A stretch of DNA of 37,945 nucleotides. Source: a virus (taxonomy: Monodnaviria > Loebvirae > Hofneiviricota > Faserviricetes > Tubulavirales > Inoviridae). How positions within the stretch are numbered: position 1 is the first letter of the stretch; the number at the start of each line of letters is the position of its first letter. The DNA lies in the IMG/VR virus record IMGVR_UViG_2923312938_000004; one strand, written 5' to 3'. A program made the translations under genes and the position numbers. Positions 23,527 to 37,945 of the stretch are shown here, piece after piece. A model generated the notes under the pieces. The model was not told the origin of the DNA. It saw nothing but the letters and a program-made list of their open reading frames with translations, and did not search any database.

Positions 23527-24791
23527 ATTCTGTCCCTATGGTGTGGTGAGAGAAACGGACATCCCCCGGCACCGCTGCCGGACGAACGCGACGGGGAAGG
23601 TTCACTGCCTGACCCGCTGTGAAACGTGATGTGTTCGCCATCCAGTTCCAGTACAGTAAGCAGCCCTTCATACGGCAGTTCACTGCGCACAAGCCGCGTG
23701 ACGTTGCTGTTACTGCGCAGAATAAAAACCCCCTGCCCGTTACCGTCACGCATATGACCGGAAAGCCGCCAGACACGGGAAAGCGGCAGTTCTGCCGGAG
23801 ATGCGACCTGTGGTACAGGCGGCGCTTTTTCAGTGGTGATTACCTGTGGTGGTGCCTGCATGACCGTTGCAGCCGGCTCATCAGGTGTGCCGGAGAAAAA
23901 ATCCAGCACAAGACGTCCCCAGAACCAGAAAAACAGGCCACCCACCACAACGGACAACAGTTTTTTACGGCGCGCCTGTTGCTGCTCCTTTCGTTCCTCT
24001 GCCGTGAAGGTCTGCAAATCCCCTTTCTCCTGCCGCTCACGCAGCCGCCGGAACTGCCGGAGGGTTCTGCCGGGCAACAGGGAATACATGGCGCGCATAT
24101 CACAGACCCGCTGATGCTCACCCGTTCCGAGCAGTTCCATTCCGTCATCAAATACCATGTTTGTCGGATGGATACCGTAAAAGGACGGCGCATAAAAAAC
24201 GCGGGATTCATTGGGACGGGAATTCGCCCGGGGAACACCGATATAAATTTTTGCCGAAATCAGGTGCGGCAGAAGCCCTTTCCGGCTGCCCGTATCGCCA
24301 AACTTATCCGGCATGCAGAGTTCCAGAATATCGGACACGACCGGGACACGAATACGATCAAGACGACGGCAGCGGACAATCAGCTCACCCGTGGATTTAA
24401 ATATTTTGCTGTCAACGGCGGATTCATCCTGCACCTGAATATAAACATCCCAGCCCAGTTTCCCGGACTGTACAAACCATTTGTAATATTCCAGGTATTC
24501 CCGGCCGGAAGATGTGCCGTTAAGCCATGTTCCGACCTCATCCAGAAATAACGCACCAAACCGCTCCTTCTCATTTTCATCACAACCACGCCCCAGCGCC
24601 CAGAAATCTTCAGGACGAGGACGGGCCGGAAGCACGGTCAACGGATGCGATGAAGCCGGGTCCATTTTTTCAGTATCAAGCGGGTAATTTGCCGCAATTC
24701 TGTGTCCGCGACGGTAAAACTGTTTTGCCACCATGGAGCAGAACAGCCCCTTCCCGTTGCGCATTTTTCCTGTCACCCAGTAAACAGCCAT
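23523..24791 (-). CDS. gI/Zot-like assembly NTPase, 422-aa form (copy C)
   Basis: A C5 run gives the C-terminus ...GCPFLSPHHRDRI, with the stop overlapping the gIV ATG. Confidence 0.7.
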   Translation of the reverse strand: MAVYWVTGKMRNGKGLFCSMVAKQFYRRGHRIAANYPLDTEKMDPASSHPLTVLPARPRPEDFWALGRGCDENEKERFGALFLDEVGTWLNGTSSGREYLEYYKWFVQSGKLGWDVYIQVQDESAVDSKIFKSTGELIVRCRRLDRIRVPVVSDILELCMPDKFGDTGSRKGLLPHLISAKIYIGVPRANSRPNESRVFYAPSFYGIHPTNMVFDDGMELLGTGEHQRVCDMRAMYSLLPGRTLRQFRRLRERQEKGDLQTFTAEERKEQQQARRKKLLSVVVGGLFFWFWGRLVLDFFSGTPDEPAATVMQAPPQVITTEKAPPVPQVASPAELPLSRVWRLSGHMRDGNGQGVFILRSNSNVTRLVRSELPYEGLLTVLELDGEHITFHSGSGSEPSPSRSSGSGAGGCPFLSPHHRDRI

Positions 24792-24798
24792 AACACCC

Positions 24799-25158
24799 CT
24801 ACTTCATTAAACCCAGTGTCAGTTTTCCGAGAATGAAAGCCTTCACCCGGAAGGCAAAATACAGCGACCATGCGCCGGTAATAATATTCAGGCAGACCGG
24901 AAGGTTATCCGGAAACAGGCTGGACACGCTGATCCAGACCGGATGCGTGAATACCGGAGAGGTCAGCATCAGGGAAGAAAACTTTTCATTCACGAAGGAA
25001 ATAAAAACGCTGTAAAACCCATACCAGACCCCGACCGTGGTCAGTGCAATCACGGACTTGAGGAGAAAAAAACGCAGGAGGCACCGGAAAATAAACGGCA
25101 CCAGAAATATCATCATATCCTTAAAAAAGACGGTCAGTCCCATAAAAACAGCTGGCAT
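24799..25158 (-). CDS. gVI-like minor virion/membrane protein (copy D)
   Basis: Identical 119-aa translation. Confidence 0.6.
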   Translation of the reverse strand: MPAVFMGLTVFFKDMMIFLVPFIFRCLLRFFLLKSVIALTTVGVWYGFYSVFISFVNEKFSSLMLTSPVFTHPVWISVSSLFPDNLPVCLNIITGAWSLYFAFRVKAFILGKLTLGLMK

Positions 25159-25160
25159 AT

Positions 25161-26487
25161 TTACCTACCGGATAATGATTTATCAACCAGGATGACTAAT
25201 GACACTGCGGTGATGACATAAATAAAAAAGCGAATAACCTCCCGCAGATAACCGTCATAAATACGACAGACACCTTCCGTGGAGAGATTAAAGGGCATTT
25301 CCTCACCCCCGAAAGGCCGGAATGAAAAACTTAAATCCAGTGGCACACAGACATCCCTGTTATTGCCGAAGAAGCCCTGAGGAATAATGCCGGAAAAATT
25401 AAGCACAGGCACATAATCTTCAATCAGGGGAATAAGTTCCTGAATCCGGTCCTGTACGCCCTGCTCCACTGAACTTATACCGTTCTCAATAATCCCCTGC
25501 ATAGTGCTGTTAAACTGCGCCTGAGACGAAGAGTAGTTTTTATCCGGCTCTGTCAGTGCGCCAAATTTTTCATCAATGCTGTGTAAATATTTCACCTGCC
25601 TTTCTGTCATATAATCCATGGTAACAAGGGTTTTATTCTGAAGTTCAATGTAGCTGCTATGAAAACTGTCAATTTTGTCTCCGATGGCAGGCAGTCCGGC
25701 ATTCAGCAGATAATATATTTTCTTCCCCACTCATCAGAAAGACCGTCATCCCCGTTTCCGGTGTTATTATCATTGCCGTCACTCCCGGTATTTCCACCAC
25801 CGGAATTATTACCGCCATCGCTGCCGGAATTATTATCTTCACTACCGTTGTTATCTTCCTCATTACCGTTGTCAGGAACAATTTTCCCGTCCTCAATTTT
25901 ATAACCCTCCCTTAAATAACAGGTGCTGTTATAAAGGTTCTGCCAGCCGGAACCGTTGGGAGTGCAGGAGTAATATTTTGCGTGAGCGCGCAACTCAGAT
26001 AAAGGCATAGTTTCCCGCGGGGATAATATCCTGAAAATGAACCACAGATTAACAGCGGATTATTATCACACTCCTGCCTCCTCAGTGTATCCGCAAGTTC
26101 AAGCAAATAGACAGCAGAAACCTGACCGGATACAGCGTTATCATTATCATCACCGGAACTGTTGTCCCCGTTGCCGCCGGAACTGTTATCCCCGTCACCG
26201 CCATCACCATCCGAAGGCTCATAAGCTGCCACAGGGATCCAGTTAGTAGCGGCGACATCACCTGTTTCACTGCCAACAATCACACCTGTCGCCATATAAA
26301 TACAGCCATCCACAACAGCATACCATGTATTATCACTGCGAAACGCCCCGGAAAGTGACCCCTGCAGCGCCGGACGGGAAATACAGGCCTCATCAGACTC
26401 CGTTAAATTAAAAGGCGCAAATGTTCTTGTGAATGACTCAGCAGATGAAAAGAACGGAAGAAATAAAAGCAGAAATAACAGCCGCAT
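25161..26487 (-). pseudogene. gIII-like adsorption protein, frameshifted (copy D)
   Basis: Broken into 189-, 101- and 191-aa ORFs by 1-nt deletions (T-run near 25717; G-run near 26019, cgcggggataa versus cgcgggggataa). Confidence 0.6.
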
Positions 26488-26542
26488 AATGACCTCTGAT
26501 AAAAAAGGGGCGCACGGCCCCTGTATTATTAATTAAACAGCA

Positions 26543-26818
26543 TCAGGAAGATGCCATTCTGAAGAGGGATTTAACTACGCGGAAACCAATCATTAAAGAA
26601 ACGCCAAAGCCCAGTAAAAGAAATGCTGCGGTACCCACCACGCCCAGCGTTGACAAAATGGAGTTCACCACCGGGTCAATCATATCCTGGTTGATAACTG
26701 CCTGTCCGGGGGTATAACTCACCCCTTCAGCCAGAACAGGACCGGACGCCAGCATCAGGGAAGATGCAATGACCAGAGGTTTTTTTACGAACGTAACTGC
26801 TTTTTCACGAACAGACAT
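26543..26818 (-). CDS. Major coat protein (copy D)
   Basis: Identical to copy A. Confidence 0.8.
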   Translation of the reverse strand: MSVREKAVTFVKKPLVIASSLMLASGPVLAEGVSYTPGQAVINQDMIDPVVNSILSTLGVVGTAAFLLLGFGVSLMIGFRVVKSLFRMASS

Positions 26819-26838
26819 AATATATAACTCCTGTATTA

Positions 26839-26997
26839 TTACAAAAAAGATGAAAAAAGTGTTTTCGTCAGGGAAAACACATACCCGAAGCCAAAACCGG
26901 CAAGCCAGCTGATGGCCCATATACCAAAAAGCGCAACAAGCGGAGGATAAGAACCCACGCCGGATATTGTCACAAGAAAATTTGTCTCAGAAAGCAT
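26839..26997 (-). CDS. Small hydrophobic virion protein, 52 aa (copy D)
   Basis: Copy A coordinates plus 24796. Confidence 0.45.
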   Translation of the reverse strand: MLSETNFLVTISGVGSYPPLVALFGIWAISWLAGFGFGYVFSLTKTLFSSFL

Positions 26998-26999
26998 GA

Positions 27000-27101
27000 T
27001 TAACGCCTTCCCGTAATGACTCCGCCAATAAAAGCCAGTGAAAATATCAGCACTGGCACAGCACCAAAGAGAATAAGAACGAAAAATTCAGTCGTGAGCA
27101 T
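27000..27101 (-). CDS. Small hydrophobic virion protein, 33 aa (copy D)
   Basis: ATG verified at 27099-27101. Confidence 0.45.
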   Translation of the reverse strand: MLTTEFFVLILFGAVPVLIFSLAFIGGVITGRR

Positions 27102-27111
27102 ATTTCAAAAA

Positions 27112-28868
<1,757 letters not shown>

Positions 28869-28987
28869 TTACCGCATGCGCGCATCATAATCACATTTAA
28901 CACGTGTTGTAAATACGCATGCGCTATGCGGGTGTAAAAAAAATGGAATAATCACCTTCTATTGAAAGGACATAGAGGTAAATTTTG

Positions 28988-29200
28988 ATGAAAAAAGAAA
29001 CAAAGCGCGGAGACACAACCGTAAGGATTAACGAAAACAGAAAACTGGAGCTAAAACGAAGAGTGCTGGAAATCGGTAATAAAACAGGTGAGCTACTAAA
29101 ACCATCAGAGATAGTAAACCACTTAATAGACAACTACTTAGATGATGCGGTGAAAGATCTAATAAGCAAAGAAGAACTTAAGAAAAAAAAGGCAATGTGA
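28988..29200 (+). CDS. RHH DNA-binding regulator, 70 aa (copy D)
   Basis: Identical to the copy B form. Confidence 0.6.
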   Translation: MKKETKRGDTTVRINENRKLELKRRVLEIGNKTGELLKPSEIVNHLIDNYLDDAVKDLISKEELKKKKAM

Positions 29201-29501
29201 TCCCTTTTCCTGCATTCAGCAGACTACCCGCGAAGGATCGAAAGGATACGGTTTAACTGGAAACCCTTGAGTTTCCGTTGACTCTACCCCCGTGTTACAA
29301 GACGGGGTTTTTCTCCCGGCCTGTAACACATCGCTCTCTGATGTTAATGCAGGCGCTCCGCTCCTCGCAGGTTGTCGTTGTCGGCGTCCTCCTCCCGTCG
29401 TCCTTCTTCGCCTCCAACCTGCTGCGGTGCGGTACGACTGGATTAAGGGCGATTCAACTTCGTTACATGGACATTTAAAAAACAAAAGCATGAGGGGAAG
29501 A

Positions 29502-29675
29502 ATGAACAACTGGAGTGAGATCATATTAGACCTGCTGATGAAGCACATAATAGGTGGCGCTGCGATTGGCGTGGCTATCCTGTTGTTTGCCGGAGTGATT
29601 TTTCCTGTTGCGCTGAAGATAAGGAAGCTCACTGGCAGGAAAAAACAGCGAATAAAACAGAAACTCATCAGTTAA
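29502..29675 (+). CDS. Small membrane protein with polybasic tail (copy D)
   Basis: ATG verified at 29502. Confidence 0.55.
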   Translation: MNNWSEIILDLLMKHIIGGAAIGVAILLFAGVIFPVALKIRKLTGRKKQRIKQKLIS

Positions 29676-29679
29676 GGCC

Positions 29680-29773
29680 AGTGCGCACAATGACGTTATG
29701 TGTAAAAAGGCCGCTGCGGTGGAGAGTATCGCAGCGGCCTTTTCAACATAACGTGTAACACATTATGCGCACT
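29680..29773. other. Putative attP dif-like inverted pair (copy D)
   Basis: Same sequence as 4884-4977. Confidence 0.6.
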
Positions 29774-30571
29774 GGCGTTGTGGTAGCTGAATTAAGGTGT
29801 CCGTGTGGGTACACAAACCCGGGAGTAAAAAAAGAAAACGCCTTATAACCTGGGAAAGTTATAAAGCGTCCCGGAAAATCCAGAAATGGATACAATGAAA
29901 TATCCGTCTCAGTCAACGTAATTTACGTCTCAATCAACGTGATATACGGCCTTAACTGACATTATGTGTCTACTACCTACTCACCCTCACATAGATGAGC
30001 AGCAAGACTATAACAAGTAAACATTACGGCGGATAACACCTGCAGACCTCTTGTTGAAAATTCCGGCTCAAAAGACGGCCTCTGGCGTTGTGATGGCTGA
30101 ATTGAGATGTTCGTGTGGGTACACCGGGAAGTAAAAAAGAAAACGCCCTATAACCTGGGAAAGTTATAAGGCGCACTGGAAAATCCAGGTAATTATGGGA
30201 TGTACGCGTCTAAACCAACGTTATGTCCGCCTCAGTATGTGCCAGTCCACTGCCACATAACAGAGTGCGCAAATTGTAACGAGTAAAACATTATCGCCGA
30301 TAACACATCAGGACCTCTGTTTGAAAATTCCGGCTCAAAAAGACGGCCTGTCAGTCATCAATTCCATCGAACGGCTTCATCAATGACTGTCCGACTCCCG
30401 TCTTGCGCCGCTCGTCTCGCTGGCTGCCCGCTAAAAGGCGGTCTGGCAGGCGGCGCGTTGCGCTGTTTCCTGCTGCTCTGTCATCTCTCCCCGGTTTCGG
30501 CGGGCTGACATCTGCGTCACATGAAACTTCATCATGCCGCCTTACATGTCCTGACGGACATCATCACACAC

Positions 30572-31792
30572 TCAGACCCGCCGGGCCTGAAGAACGACGA
30601 TGATATCGGTTTTCGCACGTTCATCAGAGTCTGAACCAAACACATCCGGCAGAAATGAAAGCCCTGTCCGCGCCTTTGATGTCTTGTTCTCCGCCAGTCC
30701 GCCCAGCACAATGATATCACCGTCATTCAGACTCACCGACGTGGACACCTCGCGCTTTATCAGCGTTGGCGTGTTATTCACCCCCGTATCCGTTTTTGCA
30801 AAGTTACTCAGCTGCTGAACGATATCCAGACCTATCACATCCTGCGTCACGGTGGGTTTTACCCGAAAAATAGCCCCGCTGCTGCGGTATTCCACGGACT
30901 GCACCGGAACCTTATCCTGCCATGACACTGATGACAGAACCGGCACATCAGACCCCACGCTGAAAACCGCCTCCTTACCGGAGATAACGCGCAGACGTGG
31001 CGAACTGACCACCTGAAAACGGCTGTCGGTCCTGAATAACTCATACATTGCATCAACAGACCCCGTGCTGAGGCGAATAAAGTTATCCAGCCCCGATGCG
31101 CTGCTCATGGTGATACTGAAACGACCGGATAAAAGCTCTGCGGCCAGCGCCAGACCTGAACCGTTACGCTCACTGGTCTGGACCTCAAACACATACCCGG
31201 CAACCGAAACCTCCTGTGCCCTGACGTCAATCTGCGGCAGAAGCTGCCGGACAAGCTCAACTTCCCGGGCCGTTCCCCGGAACACAAACACATCCCCGGA
31301 TGCACTGATGAACCGGGTACCACTGCTGACCGCCTGCCATGTCTGCTCACCGTTTGCCCCCTGAACCGGCTGTTGTGCGGCCGGAAGCTGACCCAGACCG
31401 GAAAGCGCCTGATGCAGATACTCCACTGTCCGGTAACGGGGCGTGTAAACAAGGGATTTCAGCGGCTCCTCTGGTGCGGCAGGTGTATGACTGTAAATAT
31501 AATCAACGCCCTTTTTACGGCTTATCCTGATATTCATATTACCGAGATAACGGGTAATAAATTCCCGTTCATCGATATCCGGTGAAATATGCAGCGTGAC
31601 GGCCCGCGGGTCATTGACCAGTTCAGGGGCCAGCATGAACGGTGTTTTCAGGACTTCCGTCCAGAGCAGCGTCACCGCATCAGGCAGGCTCATGCGGTTA
31701 ATATCCAGTTCCGTCCCGGCTGAAAACGACGGCAGCGGGAATAACAGCGCCATTGCAGGCAGCACCGGGAGAAGTAATTTTCTGATATTCAT
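30572..31792 (-). CDS. Secretin gIV-like (copy D)
   Basis: Identical 406-aa translation. Confidence 0.75.
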   Translation of the reverse strand: MNIRKLLLPVLPAMALLFPLPSFSAGTELDINRMSLPDAVTLLWTEVLKTPFMLAPELVNDPRAVTLHISPDIDEREFITRYLGNMNIRISRKKGVDYIYSHTPAAPEEPLKSLVYTPRYRTVEYLHQALSGLGQLPAAQQPVQGANGEQTWQAVSSGTRFISASGDVFVFRGTAREVELVRQLLPQIDVRAQEVSVAGYVFEVQTSERNGSGLALAAELLSGRFSITMSSASGLDNFIRLSTGSVDAMYELFRTDSRFQVVSSPRLRVISGKEAVFSVGSDVPVLSSVSWQDKVPVQSVEYRSSGAIFRVKPTVTQDVIGLDIVQQLSNFAKTDTGVNNTPTLIKREVSTSVSLNDGDIIVLGGLAENKTSKARTGLSFLPDVFGSDSDERAKTDIIVVLQARRV

Positions 31793-31801
31793 ATTCTGTC
31801 C

Positions 31802-33058
31802 CTATGGTGTGGTGAGAGAAACGGACATCCCCCCGGCACCGCTGCCGGACGAACGCGACGGGGAAGGTTCACTGCCTGACCCGCTGTGAAACGTGATGTG
31901 TTCGCCATCCAGTTCCAGTACAGTAAGCAGCCCTTCATACGGCAGTTCACTGCGCACAAGCCGCGTGACGTTGCTGTTACTGCGCAGAATAAAAACCCCC
32001 TGCCCGTTACCGTCACGCATATGACCGGAAAGCCGCCAGACACGGGAAAGCGGCAGTTCTGCCGGAGATGCGACCTGTGGTACAGGCGGCGCTTTTTCAG
32101 TGGTGATTACCTGTGGTGGTGCCTGCATGACCGTTGCAGCCGGCTCATCAGGTGTGCCGGAGAAAAAATCCAGCACAAGACGTCCCCAGAACCAGAAAAA
32201 CAGGCCACCCACCACAACGGACAACAGTTTTTTACGGCGCGCCTGTTGCTGCTCCTTTCGTTCCTCTGCCGTGAAGGTCTGCAAATCCCCTTTCTCCTGC
32301 CGCTCACGCAGCCGCCGGAACTGCCGGAGGGTTCTGCCGGGCAACAGGGAATACATGGCGCGCATATCACAGACCCGCTGATGCTCACCCGTTCCGAGCA
32401 GTTCCATTCCGTCATCAAATACCATGTTTGTCGGATGGATACCGTAAAAGGACGGCGCATAAAAAACGCGGGATTCATTGGGACGGGAATTCGCCCGGGG
32501 AACACCGATATAAATTTTTGCCGAAATCAGGTGCGGCAGAAGCCCTTTCCGGCTGCCCGTATCGCCAAACTTATCCGGCATGCAGAGTTCCAGAATATCG
32601 GACACGACCGGGACACGAATACGATCAAGACGACGGCAGCGGACAATCAGCTCACCCGTGGATTTAAATATTTTGCTGTCAACGGCGGATTCATCCTGCA
32701 CCTGAATATAAACATCCCAGCCCAGTTTCCCGGACTGTACAAACCATTTGTAATATTCCAGGTATTCCCGGCCGGAAGATGTGCCGTTAAGCCATGTTCC
32801 GACCTCATCCAGAAATAACGCACCAAACCGCTCCTTCTCATTTTCATCACAACCACGCCCCAGCGCCCAGAAATCTTCAGGACGAGGACGGGCCGGAAGC
32901 ACGGTCAACGGATGCGATGAAGCCGGGTCCATTTTTTCAGTATCAAGCGGGTAATTTGCCGCAATTCTGTGTCCGCGACGGTAAAACTGTTTTGCCACCA
33001 TGGAGCAGAACAGCCCCTTCCCGTTGCGCATTTTTCCTGTCACCCAGTAAACAGCCAT
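31802..33058 (-). CDS. gI/Zot-like assembly NTPase, 418-aa form (copy D)
   Basis: Identical to copy A (C6 run). Confidence 0.7.
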   Translation of the reverse strand: MAVYWVTGKMRNGKGLFCSMVAKQFYRRGHRIAANYPLDTEKMDPASSHPLTVLPARPRPEDFWALGRGCDENEKERFGALFLDEVGTWLNGTSSGREYLEYYKWFVQSGKLGWDVYIQVQDESAVDSKIFKSTGELIVRCRRLDRIRVPVVSDILELCMPDKFGDTGSRKGLLPHLISAKIYIGVPRANSRPNESRVFYAPSFYGIHPTNMVFDDGMELLGTGEHQRVCDMRAMYSLLPGRTLRQFRRLRERQEKGDLQTFTAEERKEQQQARRKKLLSVVVGGLFFWFWGRLVLDFFSGTPDEPAATVMQAPPQVITTEKAPPVPQVASPAELPLSRVWRLSGHMRDGNGQGVFILRSNSNVTRLVRSELPYEGLLTVLELDGEHITFHSGSGSEPSPSRSSGSGAGGMSVSLTTP

Positions 33059-33065
33059 AACACCC

Positions 33066-33425
33066 CTACTTCATTAAACCCAGTGTCAGTTTTCCGAGAA
33101 TGAAAGCCTTCACCCGGAAGGCAAAATACAGCGACCATGCGCCGGTAATAATATTCAGGCAGACCGGAAGGTTATCCGGAAACAGGCTGGACACGCTGAT
33201 CCAGACCGGATGCGTGAATACCGGAGAGGTCAGCATCAGGGAAGAAAACTTTTCATTCACGAAGGAAATAAAAACGCTGTAAAACCCATACCAGACCCCG
33301 ACCGTGGTCAGTGCAATCACGGACTTGAGGAGAAAAAAACGCAGGAGGCACCGGAAAATAAACGGCACCAGAAATATCATCATATCCTTAAAAAAGACGG
33401 TCAGTCCCATAAAAACAGCTGGCAT
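33066..33425 (-). CDS. gVI-like minor virion/membrane protein (copy E)
   Basis: Identical 119-aa translation. Confidence 0.6.
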   Translation of the reverse strand: MPAVFMGLTVFFKDMMIFLVPFIFRCLLRFFLLKSVIALTTVGVWYGFYSVFISFVNEKFSSLMLTSPVFTHPVWISVSSLFPDNLPVCLNIITGAWSLYFAFRVKAFILGKLTLGLMK

Positions 33426-33427
33426 AT

Positions 33428-34756
33428 TTACCTACCGGATAATGATTTATCAACCAGGATGACTAATGACACTGCGGTGATGACATAAATAAAAAAGCGA
33501 ATAACCTCCCGCAGATAACCGTCATAAATACGACAGACACCTTCCGTGGAGAGATTAAAGGGCATTTCCTCACCCCCGAAAGGCCGGAATGAAAAACTTA
33601 AATCCAGTGGCACACAGACATCCCTGTTATTGCCGAAGAAGCCCTGAGGAATAATGCCGGAAAAATTAAGCACAGGCACATAATCTTCAATCAGGGGAAT
33701 AAGTTCCTGAATCCGGTCCTGTACGCCCTGCTCCACTGAACTTATACCGTTCTCAATAATCCCCTGCATAGTGCTGTTAAACTGCGCCTGAGACGAAGAG
33801 TAGTTTTTATCCGGCTCTGTCAGTGCGCCAAATTTTTCATCAATGCTGTGTAAATATTTCACCTGCCTTTCTGTCATATAATCCATGGTAACAAGGGTTT
33901 TATTCTGAAGTTCAATGTAGCTGCTATGAAAACTGTCAATTTTGTCTCCGATGGCAGGCAGTCCGGCATTCAGCAGATAATATATTTTTCTTCCCCACTC
34001 ATCAGAAAGACCGTCATCCCCGTTTCCGGTGTTATTATCATTGCCGTCACTCCCGGTATTTCCACCACCGGAATTATTACCGCCATCGCTGCCGGAATTA
34101 TTATCTTCACTACCGTTGTTATCTTCCTCATTACCGTTGTCAGGAACAATTTTCCCGTCCTCAATTTTATAACCCTCCCTTAAATAACAGGTGCTGTTAT
34201 AAAGGTTCTGCCAGCCGGAACCGTTGGGAGTGCAGGAGTAATATTTTGCGTGAGCGCGCAACTCAGATAAAGGCATAGTTTCCCGCGGGGGATAATATCC
34301 TGAAAATGAACCACAGATTAACAGCGGATTATTATCACACTCCTGCCTCCTCAGTGTATCCGCAAGTTCAAGCAAATAGACAGCAGAAACCTGACCGGAT
34401 ACAGCGTTATCATTATCATCACCGGAACTGTTGTCCCCGTTGCCGCCGGAACTGTTATCCCCGTCACCGCCATCACCATCCGAAGGCTCATAAGCTGCCA
34501 CAGGGATCCAGTTAGTAGCGGCGACATCACCTGTTTCACTGCCAACAATCACACCTGTCGCCATATAAATACAGCCATCCACAACAGCATACCATGTATT
34601 ATCACTGCGAAACGCCCCGGAAAGTGACCCCTGCAGCGCCGGACGGGAAATACAGGCCTCATCAGACTCCGTTAAATTAAAAGGCGCAAATGTTCTTGTG
34701 AATGACTCAGCAGATGAAAAGAACGGAAGAAATAAAAGCAGAAATAACAGCCGCAT
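33428..34756 (-). CDS. gIII-like adsorption protein (copy E), 442 aa
   Basis: Identical to copy A. Confidence 0.7.
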   Translation of the reverse strand: MRLLFLLLFLPFFSSAESFTRTFAPFNLTESDEACISRPALQGSLSGAFRSDNTWYAVVDGCIYMATGVIVGSETGDVAATNWIPVAAYEPSDGDGGDGDNSSGGNGDNSSGDDNDNAVSGQVSAVYLLELADTLRRQECDNNPLLICGSFSGYYPPRETMPLSELRAHAKYYSCTPNGSGWQNLYNSTCYLREGYKIEDGKIVPDNGNEEDNNGSEDNNSGSDGGNNSGGGNTGSDGNDNNTGNGDDGLSDEWGRKIYYLLNAGLPAIGDKIDSFHSSYIELQNKTLVTMDYMTERQVKYLHSIDEKFGALTEPDKNYSSSQAQFNSTMQGIIENGISSVEQGVQDRIQELIPLIEDYVPVLNFSGIIPQGFFGNNRDVCVPLDLSFSFRPFGGEEMPFNLSTEGVCRIYDGYLREVIRFFIYVITAVSLVILVDKSLSGR

Positions 34757-34811
34757 AATGACCTCTGATAAAAAAGGGGCGCACGGCCCCTGTATTATTA
34801 ATTAAACAGCA

Positions 34812-35087
34812 TCAGGAAGATGCCATTCTGAAGAGGGATTTAACTACGCGGAAACCAATCATTAAAGAAACGCCAAAGCCCAGTAAAAGAAATGCTGCGG
34901 TACCCACCACGCCCAGCGTTGACAAAATGGAGTTCACCACCGGGTCAATCATATCCTGGTTGATAACTGCCTGTCCGGGGGTATAACTCACCCCTTCAGC
35001 CAGAACAGGACCGGACGCCAGCATCAGGGAAGATGCAATGACCAGAGGTTTTTTTACGAACGTAACTGCTTTTTCACGAACAGACAT
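34812..35087 (-). CDS. Major coat protein (copy E)
   Basis: Identical to copy A. Confidence 0.8.
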   Translation of the reverse strand: MSVREKAVTFVKKPLVIASSLMLASGPVLAEGVSYTPGQAVINQDMIDPVVNSILSTLGVVGTAAFLLLGFGVSLMIGFRVVKSLFRMASS

Positions 35088-35107
35088 AATATATAACTCC
35101 TGTATTA

Positions 35108-35266
35108 TTACAAAAAAGATGAAAAAAGTGTTTTCGTCAGGGAAAACACATACCCGAAGCCAAAACCGGCAAGCCAGCTGATGGCCCATATACCAAAAAG
35201 CGCAACAAGCGGAGGATAAGAACCCACGCCGGATATTGTCACAAGAAAATTTGTCTCAGAAAGCAT
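35108..35266 (-). CDS. Small hydrophobic virion protein, 52 aa (copy E)
   Basis: Copy A coordinates plus 33065. Confidence 0.45.
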   Translation of the reverse strand: MLSETNFLVTISGVGSYPPLVALFGIWAISWLAGFGFGYVFSLTKTLFSSFL

Positions 35267-35268
35267 GA

Positions 35269-35370
35269 TTAACGCCTTCCCGTAATGACTCCGCCAATAA
35301 AAGCCAGTGAAAATATCAGCACTGGCACAGCACCAAAGAGAATAAGAACGAAAAATTCAGTCGTGAGCAT
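35269..35370 (-). CDS. Small hydrophobic virion protein, 33 aa (copy E)
   Basis: ATG verified at 35368-35370. Confidence 0.45.
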   Translation of the reverse strand: MLTTEFFVLILFGAVPVLIFSLAFIGGVITGRR

Positions 35371-35380
35371 ATTTCAAAAA

Positions 35381-37137
<1,757 letters not shown>

Positions 37138-37256
37138 TTACCGCATGCGCGCATCATAATCACATTTAACACGTGTTGTAAATACGCATGCGCTATGCGG
37201 GTGTAAAAAAAATGGAATAATCACCTTCTATTGAAAGGACATAGAGGTAAATTTTG

Positions 37257-37469
37257 ATGAAAAAAGAAACAAAGCGCGGAGACACAACCGTAAGGATTAA
37301 CGAAAACAGAAAACTGGAGCTAAAACGAAGAGTGCTGGAAATCGGTAATAAAACAGGTGAGCTACTAAAACCATCAGAGATAGTAAACCACTTAATAGAC
37401 AACTACTTAGATGATGCGGTGAAAGATCTAATAAGCAAAGAAGAACTTAAGAAAAAAAAGGCAATGTGA
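37257..37469 (+). CDS. RHH DNA-binding regulator, 70 aa (copy E)
   Basis: Identical to the copy B form. Confidence 0.6.
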   Translation: MKKETKRGDTTVRINENRKLELKRRVLEIGNKTGELLKPSEIVNHLIDNYLDDAVKDLISKEELKKKKAM

Positions 37470-37771
37470 TCCCTTTTCCTGCATTCAGCAGACTACCCGC
37501 GAAGGATCGAAAGGATACGGTTTAACTGGAAACCCTTGAGTTTCCGTTGACTCTACCCCCGTGTTACAAGACGGGGGTTTTTCTCCCGGCCTGTAACACA
37601 TCGCTCTCTGATGTTAATGCAGGCGCTCCGCTCCTCGCAGGTTGTCGTTGTCGGCGTCCTCCTCCCGTCGTCCTTCTTCGCCTCCAACCTGCTGCGGTGC
37701 GGTACGACTGGATTAAGGGCGATTCAACTTCGTTACATGGACATTTAAAAAACAAAAGCATGAGGGGAAGA

Positions 37772-37945
37772 ATGAACAACTGGAGTGAGATCATATTAGA
37801 CCTGCTGATGAAGCACATAATAGGTGGCGCTGCGATTGGCGTGGCTATCCTGTTGTTTGCCGGAGTGATTTTTCCTGTTGCGCTGAAGATAAGGAAGCTC
37901 ACTGGCAGGAAAAAACAGCGAATAAAACAGAAACTCATCAGTTAA
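37772..37945 (+). CDS. Small membrane protein with polybasic tail (copy E)
   Basis: ATG verified at 37772; the stop is the last codon of the window. Confidence 0.55.
   Translation: MNNWSEIILDLLMKHIIGGAAIGVAILLFAGVIFPVALKIRKLTGRKKQRIKQKLIS

Overview
This window is a head-to-tail tandem array of about 4.6 copies of one ~8.27-kb element, not ordinary chromosome. Units start at 1, 8270, 16535, 24799 and 33066 (periods 8264-8269 bp); no host flank is visible. Each unit has the compact gene order of a filamentous phage (inovirus, Ff-like module). On the minus strand: rolling-circle Rep, a putative ssDNA-binding protein, two tiny hydrophobic virion proteins, a major coat protein, a gIII-like adsorption protein, a gVI-like protein, a gI/Zot-like assembly NTPase and a gIV-like secretin. 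On the plus strand: a ribbon-helix-helix (RHH) regulator divergent from Rep and a 57-aa membrane protein. A ~0.9-kb non-coding region carries an inverted pair of dif-like sequences wrapped around a terminator hairpin, which I read as a CTXphi-style attP for host XerCD integration, plus a diverged internal duplication. No integrase, tRNA, rRNA or CRISPR array was seen. The copies differ almost only by 1-nt homopolymer-length changes, which break gI in copy B, gVI, gIII and gVIII in copy C, and gIII in copy D; these look like long-read errors or minor decay, so the true genome is best taken as the majority consensus. All functional calls rest on protein architecture, motifs and synteny read by eye; no database search was run.
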